The notes under the pieces are model-generated. The model was not told the origin of the DNA. It searched no databases and saw only the letters and a program-made list of their open reading frames with translations. This document shows positions 19,011-28,551 of a stretch of 39,313 bases of DNA, one piece after another. Each line of letters starts with the position of its first letter. Positions within the stretch are counted from its first letter, which is position 1. The position numbers and the translations under genes are program-made. The stretch comes from a virus: UHGV virus genome UHGV-0145328; one strand, written 5' to 3'.

Positions 19011-19213
19011 TGAAAGTGCGGGCGTATCAGTATGACACGGTGGACGCGCTTTGCTGGCGTCATTACGGGCGCACGCAGGGTGTCACGGAGCAGGTACTGA
19101 AGGCAAATCCGGGGCTTGCCGAATACGGCCCCTTTTTACCTCACGGGCTGCAGGTGGAGCTGCCGGACATTCCGACCACCACCACCGTGCAGACCGTCCA
19201 GCTATGGGACTGA
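19010..19213 (+). CDS. X: Tail protein X (P2 gpX-like)
   Basis: 67 aa, same size and position as P2 X. Confidence 0.8.
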   Translation: MKVRAYQYDTVDALCWRHYGRTQGVTEQVLKANPGLAEYGPFLPHGLQVELPDIPTTTTVQTVQLWD

Positions 19214-19216
19214 ATT

Positions 19217-19432
19217 ATGACGCTTGAGCGAATCAGCGCCTTTATCACGTACTGCATCGCCGTTGTGCTGGCCTGGCTGGGCGATTTGTCCATCAAGGAT
19301 GCCTCAACGCTGGGCGGCCTGATGATTGGTGTGCTGATGCTGGCTATTAACTGGTACTACAAACATAAAGCCTACCAGCTTCTGCGCGACGGGCAGATCT
19401 CGCGGGAGGACTATGAATCCATCAATCGTTAA
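19217..19432 (+). CDS. Holin
   Basis: 71 aa with two hydrophobic helices and a charged C-terminus, immediately upstream of the endolysin. Confidence 0.7.
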   Translation: MTLERISAFITYCIAVVLAWLGDLSIKDASTLGGLMIGVLMLAINWYYKHKAYQLLRDGQISREDYESINR

Positions 19433-19925
19433 ACGCTGCCTTGTCGGGACCGTGCTGGCTATTGCTGCCACGCTGCCGGGTTTTCAGCAGCTTCACACCT
19501 CCGTGGAAGGGCTGAAACTGATTGCCGATTACGAAGGTTGTCGTCTGCAGCCGTATCAGTGCAGCGCGGGTGTCTGGACCGACGGCATTGGTAATACGTC
19601 GGGCGTCATTCCCGGCAAAACCATTACGGAGCGACAGGCAGCAGAAGGGCTGATCTCCAACGTGCTGCGTGTGGAGCGGGCGCTGGAAAGGTGTGTGAAG
19701 CAACAGCCGCCGCAGAAGGTGTATGACGCTGCGGTGTCGTTTGCCTTCAACGTGGGGACGGGCAATGCCTGCAGTTCCACGCTGGTGAAATTGCTCAATC
19801 AGCGGCGCTGGGCGGATGCGTGCCGACAGTTGCCGCGCTGGGTTTATGTGAAAGGTGTTTTTAATCAGGGGCTGGATAACCGCCGTGCGCGGGAGATGGC
19901 CTGGTGCTTACAGGGAGCAAACTGA
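19413..19925 (+). CDS. Endolysin (lysozyme, GH24-like with N-terminal signal-anchor)
   Basis: N-terminal hydrophobic segment then EGxxLxAYxD-like block (VEGLKLIADYEGCRLQPYQCSAGVWTDGIGNT). Confidence 0.8.
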   Translation: MNPSIVKRCLVGTVLAIAATLPGFQQLHTSVEGLKLIADYEGCRLQPYQCSAGVWTDGIGNTSGVIPGKTITERQAAEGLISNVLRVERALERCVKQQPPQKVYDAAVSFAFNVGTGNACSSTLVKLLNQRRWADACRQLPRWVYVKGVFNQGLDNRRAREMAWCLQGAN

Positions 19926-19926
19926 A

Positions 19927-20304
19927 ATGAAAAAGAAATTAATCAGCGGGCTGTTTCTGATGTTATGGATGGGGCTGTTAATCGCCGCAATGGTGTATCC
20001 GCAGGGGATTTTTCCGGTACTGGCAGCATCCGGCGTTTGGGTAGCCTGTCTGCTGACATGGGCAGTAATTCCGGTAGCACTGGCTGCGTTAATTAAGAAC
20101 GGCCCGCTCTGGCAGGAGTTGAGGGCATCTTTGCTGAAGAGCATTACCCGAAAAGAAAACGTATTTATCAACTGGGTGATGCGATTGCTGATTATCGTAA
20201 GTCTCGCCTGGACGGGGTGGGCCATTACCCTGGTCTTTTATCTGCTGACCGTTATTGCCTTCTGGATGACCCGTAATCAGATGGCGCAACAGGTATCAGT
20301 ATGA
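19927..20304 (+). CDS. lysA: LysA-like membrane protein (lysis accessory)
   Basis: 125 aa from MKKKLISG with multiple TM helices; position as in P2. Confidence 0.65.
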   Translation: MKKKLISGLFLMLWMGLLIAAMVYPQGIFPVLAASGVWVACLLTWAVIPVALAALIKNGPLWQELRASLLKSITRKENVFINWVMRLLIIVSLAWTGWAITLVFYLLTVIAFWMTRNQMAQQVSV

Positions 20305-20729
20305 ACCGGTTGCTGCTGGTTGTGCTGGCGTTATTACTGGCGGCGCTGGGCTGGCAGACGTGGCGGCTGGCTGATGCCAGCCAGACCATCAGCACGCAGG
20401 CAGACGAGCTTCGGAGCAAAAGCCAGGCACTGGCAAAGAGCAACAGCCAGCTTATCAGCCTGTCCATTCTGACTGAAACCAATAACCGGGAGCAGGCGCG
20501 GCTCTATGCCGACGCAGAACAGACCAGCGCGCTGCTGAGACAACGACAACACCGGAGCGAGGAACTGAAACGTGAGAACGAGGATCTACGCCGCTGGGCT
20601 GATACTCCTTTGCCTGCTGACATTATCCGGCTGCGGGAACGTCCGACACTCACCGGAGGTGCAGCTTACCGTCAGTGGTTGTCCGCGAGTGACGCCGTGT
20701 CGGCTGGAGCAGGCAACGCCGCGCACTAA
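20301..20729 (+). CDS. lysB: Rz-like inner-membrane spanin (LysB)
   Basis: N-terminal TM, coiled-coil body, Pro-rich C-terminus. Confidence 0.7.
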   Translation: MNRLLLVVLALLLAALGWQTWRLADASQTISTQADELRSKSQALAKSNSQLISLSILTETNNREQARLYADAEQTSALLRQRQHRSEELKRENEDLRRWADTPLPADIIRLRERPTLTGGAAYRQWLSASDAVSAGAGNAAH

Positions 20730-20862
20730 CGGTGATCTGGACGCGTTGCTGGATGAAACGGAGGCCGCCTGGGCGGTCTGTGCAGACAAAGTGGACATGA
20801 TTATTGCGTGTCAGGAGCGAAACAGTGAACAAACCACAATCCCTGCGCCACGCCCTCAATAA
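20572..20862 (+). CDS. lysC: Rz1-like outer-membrane lipoprotein spanin (LysC), out of frame within lysB
   Basis: Lipobox LTLSGC after a signal peptide; overlaps the lysB 3' end in another frame. Confidence 0.65.
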   Translation: MRTRIYAAGLILLCLLTLSGCGNVRHSPEVQLTVSGCPRVTPCRLEQATPRTNGDLDALLDETEAAWAVCADKVDMIIACQERNSEQTTIPAPRPQ

Positions 20863-21256
20863 AGCGGTGCCTTATGTCCGCAATAACCCGGACAAACTGC
20901 ATCTGTTTGTGGATAACGGTTCGCTGGTTGCCACGGGGGCCAGCTCCATGTCATGGGAGTACCGCTATACCCTGAACGTGGTGATAGAGGATTTCAGCGG
21001 CGACCAGAATCTGCTGATGGCCCCGGTTTTGCTGTGGCTTCGGGATAACCAGCCCGATGCCATCAATAACCCGGCGTTACGGGAAAAGCTATTCACCTTT
21101 GAGGTGGATATTTTGCGCAACGATGTCTGTGATATCAGCCTTAACCTGCAACTGACGGAACGTGTGCTGGTCAGCACTGACGGCAGTGTGTCGAGCGTTG
21201 AAGCTGTAGCAGAACCCGATGAACCTGAAGAAATGTGGACGGTGAAACGTGGCTGA
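20825..21256 (+). CDS. R: Tail completion protein (P2 gpR-like)
   Basis: Synteny and size; GTG start at 20825 chosen to avoid overlap with lysC; start is uncertain. Confidence 0.7.
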   Translation: MNKPQSLRHALNKAVPYVRNNPDKLHLFVDNGSLVATGASSMSWEYRYTLNVVIEDFSGDQNLLMAPVLLWLRDNQPDAINNPALREKLFTFEVDILRNDVCDISLNLQLTERVLVSTDGSVSSVEAVAEPDEPEEMWTVKRG

Positions 21257-21695
21257 ACTGCAGAAGGTGGACGACTGGCTGAGTGCCTTGCTGGCGAATC
21301 TGGAACCAGCCACGAGAAGCCGCATGATGCGCCAGCTGGCGCAGGAACTGCGCCGGACACAGCAGCAGAATATCAGGATGCAGCGCAATCCAGATGGCAG
21401 CAGTTATGAACCGCGCAGGGTAACAGCACGCAGCAAGAAGGGGCGCATCAAACGTCAGATGTTTGCAAAGCTGCGCACCACAAAATACCTGAAAACTGCC
21501 GCCAGCGCCGATTCTGCCAGCGTACAGTTTGAAGGCAAGGTGCAGCGTATTGCCCGTGTTCACCATTACGGCCTGCGTGATCGCGTCAGTCGCAAAGGAC
21601 CGGAGGTCCGTTACGTAGAGCGCCGCCTGCTGGGTGTAAATGATGATGTTGAGGCAATGACCCGCGACATGATTCTGCAATGGCTGGCGGGGTGA
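21249..21695 (+). CDS. S: Tail completion protein (P2 gpS-like)
   Basis: 148 aa, position after R. Confidence 0.75.
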   Translation: MAELQKVDDWLSALLANLEPATRSRMMRQLAQELRRTQQQNIRMQRNPDGSSYEPRRVTARSKKGRIKRQMFAKLRTTKYLKTAASADSASVQFEGKVQRIARVHHYGLRDRVSRKGPEVRYVERRLLGVNDDVEAMTRDMILQWLAG

Positions 21696-21741
21696 CTTTG
21701 ATAACCGTAATCAGAATTTTGTCAGTTCGGTTTAATGTGAG

Positions 21742-23070
21742 TCAATTGGTAAAAATTCTACTCTGCTCACCATAGCTGTCCTTTGCTTCGTTAATCAGAT
21801 CCTCCCATGGCCATTTTATGGTTACATATTTTCGATAAATTAAAATGGTTCTGTCGATAGCAGTGACCTCATCAGTTGCATCATTGTAGGAAAGAACTAA
21901 CCCTCTATCGTCACTATCAACCTGTAACTCTTCAATTTTTTGAAGTACAGTTCGCAGATTCCCTTTTAATATTCGACTTTGTCTTCTTGACGCAATTTTA
22001 AAAATGGTATCTAACTCTAATCCTTGAATGAGTTCTTTATCGGATGAGTCCATTATTACAGCCATGGCATGAGCATAAATGCCAGTGGTTTCTGTTCTTT
22101 TACGTATTCCTGATGATATATCTTTAGCAAATTTTTGATATCGAGAATTTAATTGTTCAGCATATTTCATGGCTGCATCAACGAATTTTTCTTGATCATC
22201 TAACATCGTTAATGTTGTACATTCCTCATCAATTCCTGTCTCGTCAAGAATGTTTAAGGCTAGTTGTTGTAAAATCCCAACATTACCATAGCAATCATCA
22301 AGGATGCATCTCTTTATATGATCTGAGAACTTAACTTTTAAAGTTTCTGATCCACTTATTATTACTTGTTCAAGATCGGCTCTAGACCATGATATGGGAA
22401 TTTCTTCTATGCGAGAACCAAGGTCAGAATTTAAATAAATTAGTAGGTTTGTTTTTGTCCAAACACCAATGATTACGAAAAAACAACCATAATCCCAAAG
22501 CGCCTTTAAGTCATAAGCAAATATTTGTCGTTCACGAGTGTTTAAGTAGTGAAAATCTTCAATAACTACTTTTCTTCCTGCTTCGTTAATTATTTCTGCA
22601 ATAAATCTCAAATCATTAATATCTTGACCAACATTTCCTTTTTTTATTACCTCCTCTTCAGAGGTCTCAAGTCCAAATTTAACCTTTAGTTTTGCTATAA
22701 GACCAATGCCTCCTGCAGCAGAGCCCTCCATTACGCCTTTAATTGTATCTTTTTCGGTTCTCTCTAGCACAAGGCTTATACCTAATTGAGATAGAATATC
22801 TATATATATATCTAAAACGGTTGTCTTTAATCTGCATTGTACAACAATAGCATTAGGTATGTTCTTTTGTCTTAACCATGACTTACCACATTTGGATTCC
22901 CCTCTTAAGGCGAGATGTATTGGTCGGCGTAATTTTCTACTGATTTCCTTATCAAGATTTCCTCTGTCTACATATGAATCAGCAAGAATCGTTGGTGAAA
23001 TACCAAAAACTTCGTGTGTTTGTTTCTTCATGATGGCCTCACTATCCGTTTTGTACTGTTTATCACACAA
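21742..23070 (-). CDS. P-loop NTPase (AAA+/STAND-like) of unknown function; antisense cargo between S and V
   Basis: Walker A GESKCGKS and Walker B-like VVIEDF; 442 aa; AT-rich; opposite strand to the flanking late operons. Confidence 0.65.
   Translation of the reverse strand: MCDKQYKTDSEAIMKKQTHEVFGISPTILADSYVDRGNLDKEISRKLRRPIHLALRGESKCGKSWLRQKNIPNAIVVQCRLKTTVLDIYIDILSQLGISLVLERTEKDTIKGVMEGSAAGGIGLIAKLKVKFGLETSEEEVIKKGNVGQDINDLRFIAEIINEAGRKVVIEDFHYLNTRERQIFAYDLKALWDYGCFFVIIGVWTKTNLLIYLNSDLGSRIEEIPISWSRADLEQVIISGSETLKVKFSDHIKRCILDDCYGNVGILQQLALNILDETGIDEECTTLTMLDDQEKFVDAAMKYAEQLNSRYQKFAKDISSGIRKRTETTGIYAHAMAVIMDSSDKELIQGLELDTIFKIASRRQSRILKGNLRTVLQKIEELQVDSDDRGLVLSYNDATDEVTAIDRTILIYRKYVTIKWPWEDLINEAKDSYGEQSRIFTN
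23052..23069. promoter_or_regulatory. Late-promoter dyad TGT-N12-ACA upstream of V
   Basis: TGTACTGTTTATCACACA about 50 bp upstream of the V start; overlaps the 5' end of the antisense NTPase gene. Confidence 0.5.
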
Positions 23071-23115
23071 ACAATACTAAAGGAAAGCCGCTTTCTTTTA
23101 ATTAACTATATCCAT

Positions 23116-23694
23116 ATGAACGCACAATTAACCGAAATCATGCGCCTTATCACCAACCTGATCCGCACAGGGGTAGTCACCGAAGTGGACAAGGAGAACT
23201 GGCTTTGCCGGGTGAAAACAGGCGAGCTTGAAACTAACTGGATCAGTTGGCTGACGCTGCGTGCCGGAAATGCCCGGACATGGTGGCGACCATCGGAAGG
23301 TGAGCAGGTGGTGCTGCTGAGTCTGGGCGGCAATCTGGAGACTGCCTTTGCGCTGCCCGCTGTCTATTCGAATCAGTTCGCACCACCGTCGACGTCGGCG
23401 GACGCCTGCGTGACAGAACATCCTGACGGTGGCTGGTTTGAATACGAACCCGCCACCGGGCGCTGGTATGTCAGGGGCATCAAATCAATGGTCATTGAGG
23501 CCGCTGACAACATCACCCTGAAAACCAATGAGTTTGTACTGGAGGCTGACCGCACGCGCATTAACAGCGAAGTGGTGATCAATGGTGGCGTTACCCAGGG
23601 CGGCGGAGCGATGAGTTCTAACGGGATCGTGGTTGATGCGCATCAGCATACTGGCGTCCTGAAAGGCGGCGACACAACTGGAGGCCCGGTATGA
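23116..23694 (+). CDS. V: Baseplate assembly protein (P2 gpV-like)
   Basis: 192 aa from MNAQLTEIM; synteny V-W-J-I-H-G. Confidence 0.8.
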   Translation: MNAQLTEIMRLITNLIRTGVVTEVDKENWLCRVKTGELETNWISWLTLRAGNARTWWRPSEGEQVVLLSLGGNLETAFALPAVYSNQFAPPSTSADACVTEHPDGGWFEYEPATGRWYVRGIKSMVIEAADNITLKTNEFVLEADRTRINSEVVINGGVTQGGGAMSSNGIVVDAHQHTGVLKGGDTTGGPV

Positions 23695-24050
23695 CGCTTT
23701 ATAGCGGGATGAACAATACCAGCGGTAAAGCCATTACTGATATTGACCATCTGCGCCAGTCGGTGCGGGACATTCTGCTGACGCCGCAGGGTAGCCGCAT
23801 TGCCCGTCGGGAATATGGTTCCCTGCTGTCGGCACTGATTGATCAGCCACAAAATCCGGCATTACGCCTGCAGGTTATGTCGGCTGTGTATGTGGCACTG
23901 AGTCGCTGGGAGCCACGGCTGGCGCTCGATTCCATCACTATTAACAGCAATTTTGACGGTTCAATGGTGGTGGAGCTGAGCGGGCGGCGTAATAACGGTG
24001 TGCCTGTTTCCCTTTCCGTATCAACAGGAGCAGAGAATGGCAGTGATTGA
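23691..24050 (+). CDS. W: Baseplate wedge protein (P2 gpW-like)
   Basis: 119 aa; synteny. Confidence 0.8.
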   Translation: MTLYSGMNNTSGKAITDIDHLRQSVRDILLTPQGSRIARREYGSLLSALIDQPQNPALRLQVMSAVYVALSRWEPRLALDSITINSNFDGSMVVELSGRRNNGVPVSLSVSTGAENGSD

Positions 24051-24945
24051 CCTTTCGCAGTTGCCTGCGCCGCAGATTGTGGATGTGCCGGACTTTGAGA
24101 CGCTGCTTGCCGAACGCAAGGCAGAATTTGTGGCGCTTCATCCGAAAGATGAGCAGGAAGCAGTGATGCGTACGCTGGAACTGGAATCTGAACCCGTCAC
24201 CAAATTGTTGCAGGAGAACGCTTACCGTGAGTTGCTTCTGCGCCAGCGCATTAACGAAGCCGCGCAGGCGGTGATGGTGGCTTATGCGATGGGCGGCGAT
24301 CTTGACCAGCTCGCTGCTAACTACAACGTGAAACGCCTGACGGTGACACCTGCTGATGATGATGCTGTACCGCCCGTTGCGGCTGTGATGGAAAGTGATG
24401 AAGCGTTACGCCTGCGTGTGCCTGCAGCCTTTGAAGGGCTTTCTGTTGCTGGGCCAACTGCCGCTTATGAGTTTCATGCACGAAGCGCCGATGGTCGGGT
24501 GGCGGATGCCAGTGCAACCAGTCCGGCACCTGCAGAGGTGGTGCTGACAGTTCTTAGCCGCGAAGGCGACGGAACAGCAGAAAAAGACCTGCTGGATGTG
24601 GTGGAGAAAGCACTGAACAGTGAGAATGTCCGCCCGGTGGCTGACCGTCTGACGGTTCGCAGCGCGGAAATCATCCCGTACCGCGTGGAAGCCACCATTT
24701 TTCTCTATCCGGGACCGGAAGCAGAGCCGGTAATGGCAGCGGCAAAAGCCAGCCTGCAGAGGTACATTGCCAGTCAGACGCGGCTTGGTCGGGATATTCG
24801 CCGTAGCGCCATTTTTGCCGCGCTGCATGTTGAGGGTGTTCAGCGTGTGGAACTGGCTTCCCCGCAGGCGGACGTGGTCCTGAACAAAACGCAGGCGGCA
24901 TCATGTACGCAGTGGAGCGTGACTAACGGGGGAACGGATGAATAG
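24037..24945 (+). CDS. J: Baseplate protein (P2 gpJ-like)
   Basis: 302 aa from MAVIDLSQLPAPQIVDVPDFETLLAERKAEF; synteny. Confidence 0.8.
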   Translation: MAVIDLSQLPAPQIVDVPDFETLLAERKAEFVALHPKDEQEAVMRTLELESEPVTKLLQENAYRELLLRQRINEAAQAVMVAYAMGGDLDQLAANYNVKRLTVTPADDDAVPPVAAVMESDEALRLRVPAAFEGLSVAGPTAAYEFHARSADGRVADASATSPAPAEVVLTVLSREGDGTAEKDLLDVVEKALNSENVRPVADRLTVRSAEIIPYRVEATIFLYPGPEAEPVMAAAKASLQRYIASQTRLGRDIRRSAIFAALHVEGVQRVELASPQADVVLNKTQAASCTQWSVTNGGTDE

Positions 24946-25543
24946 TCTGCTGCCACCGGGTTCAACGCCACTGGAGCGCCGACTGGCGCAAACCTGCAAC
25001 GGGATTTCTGATCTGCAGGTGTCACTGCGTGACTTGTGGAATCCGGCAACCTGTCCGGTCAGTTTCCTGCCTTATCTCGCCTGGGCGTTCTCTGTGGATC
25101 GCTGGGACGAGGGCTGGACAGAAAGCGTCAAACGCCAGGTAGTGAAGGATGCTTTTTATATTCATCAGCACAAAGGAACCACCAGTGCCGTACGGCGGGT
25201 GGTGGAGCCGTTCGGCTTCCTGATCCGCATTATTGAGTGGTGGCAGACCGGAGAAACACCGGGCACGTTTCGCCTGGACATTGGTGTGCAGGACCAGGGC
25301 ATCACTGAAGATACCTATCTGGAACTTGAGCGACTGATAAGCGATGCCAAACCATGTAGCCGTCACATGATCGGCATGTCCATCAATCTGCAGACCAGCG
25401 GCCCGCATTGGGTGGGAGCCGTCAGTTATCTTGGCGAAGAAATCACGATCTATCCGTATATCAACGAAACAATTATTTCCGGCGGCACCGCGCATGAAGG
25501 CGGGGCGGTCCATGTTATTGACACAATGAGAGTGAATCCATGA
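24938..25543 (+). CDS. I: Baseplate / tail-fibre attachment protein (P2 gpI-like)
   Basis: 201 aa; synteny. Confidence 0.75.
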   Translation: MNSLLPPGSTPLERRLAQTCNGISDLQVSLRDLWNPATCPVSFLPYLAWAFSVDRWDEGWTESVKRQVVKDAFYIHQHKGTTSAVRRVVEPFGFLIRIIEWWQTGETPGTFRLDIGVQDQGITEDTYLELERLISDAKPCSRHMIGMSINLQTSGPHWVGAVSYLGEEITIYPYINETIISGGTAHEGGAVHVIDTMRVNP

Positions 25544-27126
25544 GCACAAAATTTTATACCCTGCTGACGGATATTGGCGCGGCGAAACTTGCCAGCGCCG
25601 CCGCGCTCGGTGTGCCGCTAAAAATTACCCATATGGCGGTGGGCGATGGCGGCGGAGCATTGCCAACGCCGGACGCAAAGCAGACGGCACTGGTAAATGA
25701 GAAACGCCGGGCTGCGCTGAATATGCTCTATATCGACCCGCAGAACAGCAGCCAGATTATTGCTGAACAGGTGATCCCTGAAAATGAGGGGGGTTGGTGG
25801 ATACGTGAAGTGGGTCTGTTTGATGAGTCCGGGGCATTGATTGCCGTAGGCAACTGCCCGGAAAGCTATAAGCCGCAACTGGCTGAAGGCAGCGGGCGCA
25901 CCCAGACCGTGCGCATGGTGCTGATTACCAGCAGTACGGACAATATCACCCTGAAAATCGACCCTGCTGTAGTGCTGGCAACCCGTAAATACGTGGATGA
26001 TGAAGTCCTGGAATTAAAGCTGTATGTGGATGACCAGATGAGAAACCACATTGCCGCACAAGATCCTCATACCCAGTATGCGCAGAAACATAATCCGACA
26101 TTTACCGGAGAACCAAAAGCGCCGACGCCTGCAGCAGGAAATAACACCACGCGGATTGCGACCACTGAGTTTGTTCAGGCCGCTATTACTGCTCTGATTA
26201 ACGGTGCGCCAGCCACGCTGGATACACTGAAAGAAATTGCCGCAGCCATTAACAATGACCCGAAATTCAGTACCACCATTAACAATGCGCTGGCACTAAA
26301 AGCGCCGCTGTCGAGTCCGGCACTCACCGGAACGCCAACAGCACCTACTGCGGCGCAGTCGGTCAACAATACACAGATTGCCACTACGGCTTTTGTGAAA
26401 TCGGCGATTGCAGGAATGGTGGGTTCTGCACCTGCGGCACTGGATACACTGAACGAACTGGCGGCGGCACTGGGGAATGATCCGAACTTTGCCACGACAA
26501 TGCTTAATGCGCTGGCAGGTAAACAACCGCTGGACAATACGCTTACCAATTTGAGTGGAAAGGATGTAGCTGGTCTTCTCACATACCTTGGTTTGGGAGA
26601 AGGTTCGGCATTACCCGTTGGCGTGCCTGTTCCGTGGCCTTCCGCCACTCCGCCAACAGGCTGGCTGAAATGCAACGGTGCCGCTTTTTCTGCTGAAGAA
26701 TACCCGGAACTGGCAAAGGCTTATCCGACAAATAAATTGCCTGATTTACGTGGTGAGTTTATTCGTGGCTGGGATGACGGGCGTGGAGTGGATGCGGGAC
26801 GTGCCTTGCTAAGTCTTCAGGATGACTCTTTTGAAGCGCACAGGCATGAGTCCTTTTTTTACGCGGGTATTTCTCGCAATGAAACACCATTAAAAAATCT
26901 TCCAAGTTCAGACGAGATGCTGACTTTAAGTTCTACAACTAATGCCTTGTCCCCGGACGGTATTGATGCCACTAATTCGTTAATTGGTAATGATGATTAC
27001 AACTGTCTGATTGAAGGAAATAAAAATAACAAACGAACAGCGACGGGGTTGAGTACCAGTATTGTCGGTGCAGCAGAGACACGCCCACGTAATATTTCAT
27101 TTAATTACATTGTGAGGGCTGCATGA
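25540..27126 (+). CDS. H: Tail fibre protein (P2 gpH-like); C-terminal part inside an invertible segment
   Basis: 528 aa with repetitive Ala/Thr-rich middle; the C-terminus after ...TYLGLGE is replaceable by the antisense segment at 28123..28469. Confidence 0.85.
   Translation: MSTKFYTLLTDIGAAKLASAAALGVPLKITHMAVGDGGGALPTPDAKQTALVNEKRRAALNMLYIDPQNSSQIIAEQVIPENEGGWWIREVGLFDESGALIAVGNCPESYKPQLAEGSGRTQTVRMVLITSSTDNITLKIDPAVVLATRKYVDDEVLELKLYVDDQMRNHIAAQDPHTQYAQKHNPTFTGEPKAPTPAAGNNTTRIATTEFVQAAITALINGAPATLDTLKEIAAAINNDPKFSTTINNALALKAPLSSPALTGTPTAPTAAQSVNNTQIATTAFVKSAIAGMVGSAPAALDTLNELAAALGNDPNFATTMLNALAGKQPLDNTLTNLSGKDVAGLLTYLGLGEGSALPVGVPVPWPSATPPTGWLKCNGAAFSAEEYPELAKAYPTNKLPDLRGEFIRGWDDGRGVDAGRALLSLQDDSFEAHRHESFFYAGISRNETPLKNLPSSDEMLTLSSTTNALSPDGIDATNSLIGNDDYNCLIEGNKNNKRTATGLSTSIVGAAETRPRNISFNYIVRAA
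26588..26602. repeat. Left inversion crossover site (15-bp TTGGTTTGGGAGAAG)
   Basis: Exact inverted copy at 28470..28484; encodes GLGE in H and in the antisense alternative fibre segment. Confidence 0.65.
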
Positions 27127-27728
27127 TGTATAACGCCATCTTAAATAGTAAATTTATTGCCACAAAGGCAGGAGAGATTACCGTTTATAACTATGACAGT
27201 GAGACACGGGAGTATATTTCTGCATCAACTGAATATCTTGCTGTGGGTGTCGGTATCCCTGCATATTCCTGTTTAGATGCTCCTGGCACACATAAGGCTG
27301 GTTATGCAATCTGCCGTTCGGCAGATTTAAACTCATGGGAATATGTGCCAGACCATCGCGGTGAAGTTGTCTATAACACCGAAACGGGAGAATCAAAAGA
27401 AATCACAGCTCCGGGTGATTACCCTGAAAATACAACCACTACCGTCCCGTTAACGCCATACGATAAATGGGATGGTGAGAAATGGGTGACAGATACTGAG
27501 GCACAACACGGTGCCGCAGTAGAAGCGGCAGAAGCACAGCGCCAGTCACTGATTGATGCAGCAATGGCTTCCATTAGTCTGATTCAGCTGAAATTACAGG
27601 CCGGGCGGAAACTGACGCAGGCAGAAACAACCCGGCTTAACTCTGTGCTGGATTACATTGACGCGGTGACAGCAACAGATACCAGCACCGCGCCGGATAT
27701 CATCTGGCCTGAACTGCCGGAGGCGTAG
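27123..27728 (+). CDS. G: Tail fibre assembly chaperone (P2 gpG-like)
   Basis: 201 aa ending in the conserved …DTSTAPDIIWPELPEA motif. Confidence 0.8.
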   Translation: MMYNAILNSKFIATKAGEITVYNYDSETREYISASTEYLAVGVGIPAYSCLDAPGTHKAGYAICRSADLNSWEYVPDHRGEVVYNTETGESKEITAPGDYPENTTTTVPLTPYDKWDGEKWVTDTEAQHGAAVEAAEAQRQSLIDAAMASISLIQLKLQAGRKLTQAETTRLNSVLDYIDAVTATDTSTAPDIIWPELPEA

Positions 27729-28119
27729 GCCATTCAATATCTGGAGCACTGGAGGTATCAACCAGTTCCAGTGCGTCCAGATAATCCAGCCACAAATTAT
27801 ATTGCGCCAGTTCCTCACCTTTCAGACGACCAATAGCCGCTTTACCAGGCCATTGCCTGCTGTTCATGTGCTCGTTGGCTTCATTAATAAGTTTTCCTTT
27901 TTTCAACTCTGCCAATGCAATAAGGTTTTCTTTTGATAAAGGTGGTTGCTCTGTCAAAACCGGATATCCCTCCTGATTGCTGACTATTTTCATGCCATTA
28001 TCCTGACCATCCAGTAGTGACAGCCATTCATCCGTGGTTATCTCAACAGCATCTGAAGGTGCTTTATTTAAATCGGTAAAAAAACCATTTTCTTTTTGTG
28101 AATAGAAGTATCTGTCCAT
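27700..28119 (-). CDS. Alternative tail fibre assembly chaperone (inverted orientation)
   Basis: 139 aa ending …DTSSAPDIEWPTPPA, same C-terminal motif as G, on the opposite strand. Confidence 0.75.
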   Translation of the reverse strand: MDRYFYSQKENGFFTDLNKAPSDAVEITTDEWLSLLDGQDNGMKIVSNQEGYPVLTEQPPLSKENLIALAELKKGKLINEANEHMNSRQWPGKAAIGRLKGEELAQYNLWLDYLDALELVDTSSAPDIEWPTPPAVQAR

Positions 28120-28122
28120 TTA

Positions 28123-28524
28123 TCAATCTCCAAAAGCAATCCAGTAAGCAAAAGGATTTATTCCTTGCTCAGTCACAGATGACATTAGGGAAAATTGCGA
28201 TGGTGAAACAGGTAATGCTGCAAAACTAACCATTGTTGACACACCTGACCGTGCATTATCGTACGATGCAACAACACAATAATTGGTATTGCTGAAAGAT
28301 ATCGGCAGGGTGATATTTACAGGTGAGCCTAATGGCCCTGATGCTGATATTCCCATTTGAATGATGGTTCCATCAGGCAATTTTCTCCAGCGATTAGAAC
28401 TCGGATTTCTTTTCCAGGATGACATATCCGGTATCTGATTTTCTCCTGTGCCCACATCCCTTTTCGCCGCTTCTCCCAAACCAACGTTTAAGAAAATGCA
28501 GCGATTACGACTAACTGGCATCAT
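28123..28524 (-). CDS. Alternative tail-fibre C-terminal segment (expressed as an H fusion after inversion)
   Basis: Antisense ORF encoding …VGLGEAAKRDVG… across the crossover repeat; fibre-like Ser/Thr/Gly-rich composition. Confidence 0.6.
   Translation of the reverse strand: MMPVSRNRCIFLNVGLGEAAKRDVGTGENQIPDMSSWKRNPSSNRWRKLPDGTIIQMGISASGPLGSPVNITLPISFSNTNYCVVASYDNARSGVSTMVSFAALPVSPSQFSLMSSVTEQGINPFAYWIAFGD
28470..28484. repeat. Right inversion crossover site (inverted copy of 26588..26602)
   Basis: CTTCTCCCAAACCAA is the reverse complement of TTGGTTTGGGAGAAG; about 70 bp upstream of the invertase gene. Confidence 0.65.
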
Positions 28525-28551
28525 CCCCGGTTTTTATTCAGGGGATTGATC

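Noticed and set aside
21171-21680. 169-aa antisense ORF across tail genes R/S
   Set aside because: Antisense to two syntenic late genes; no motif; likely spurious.
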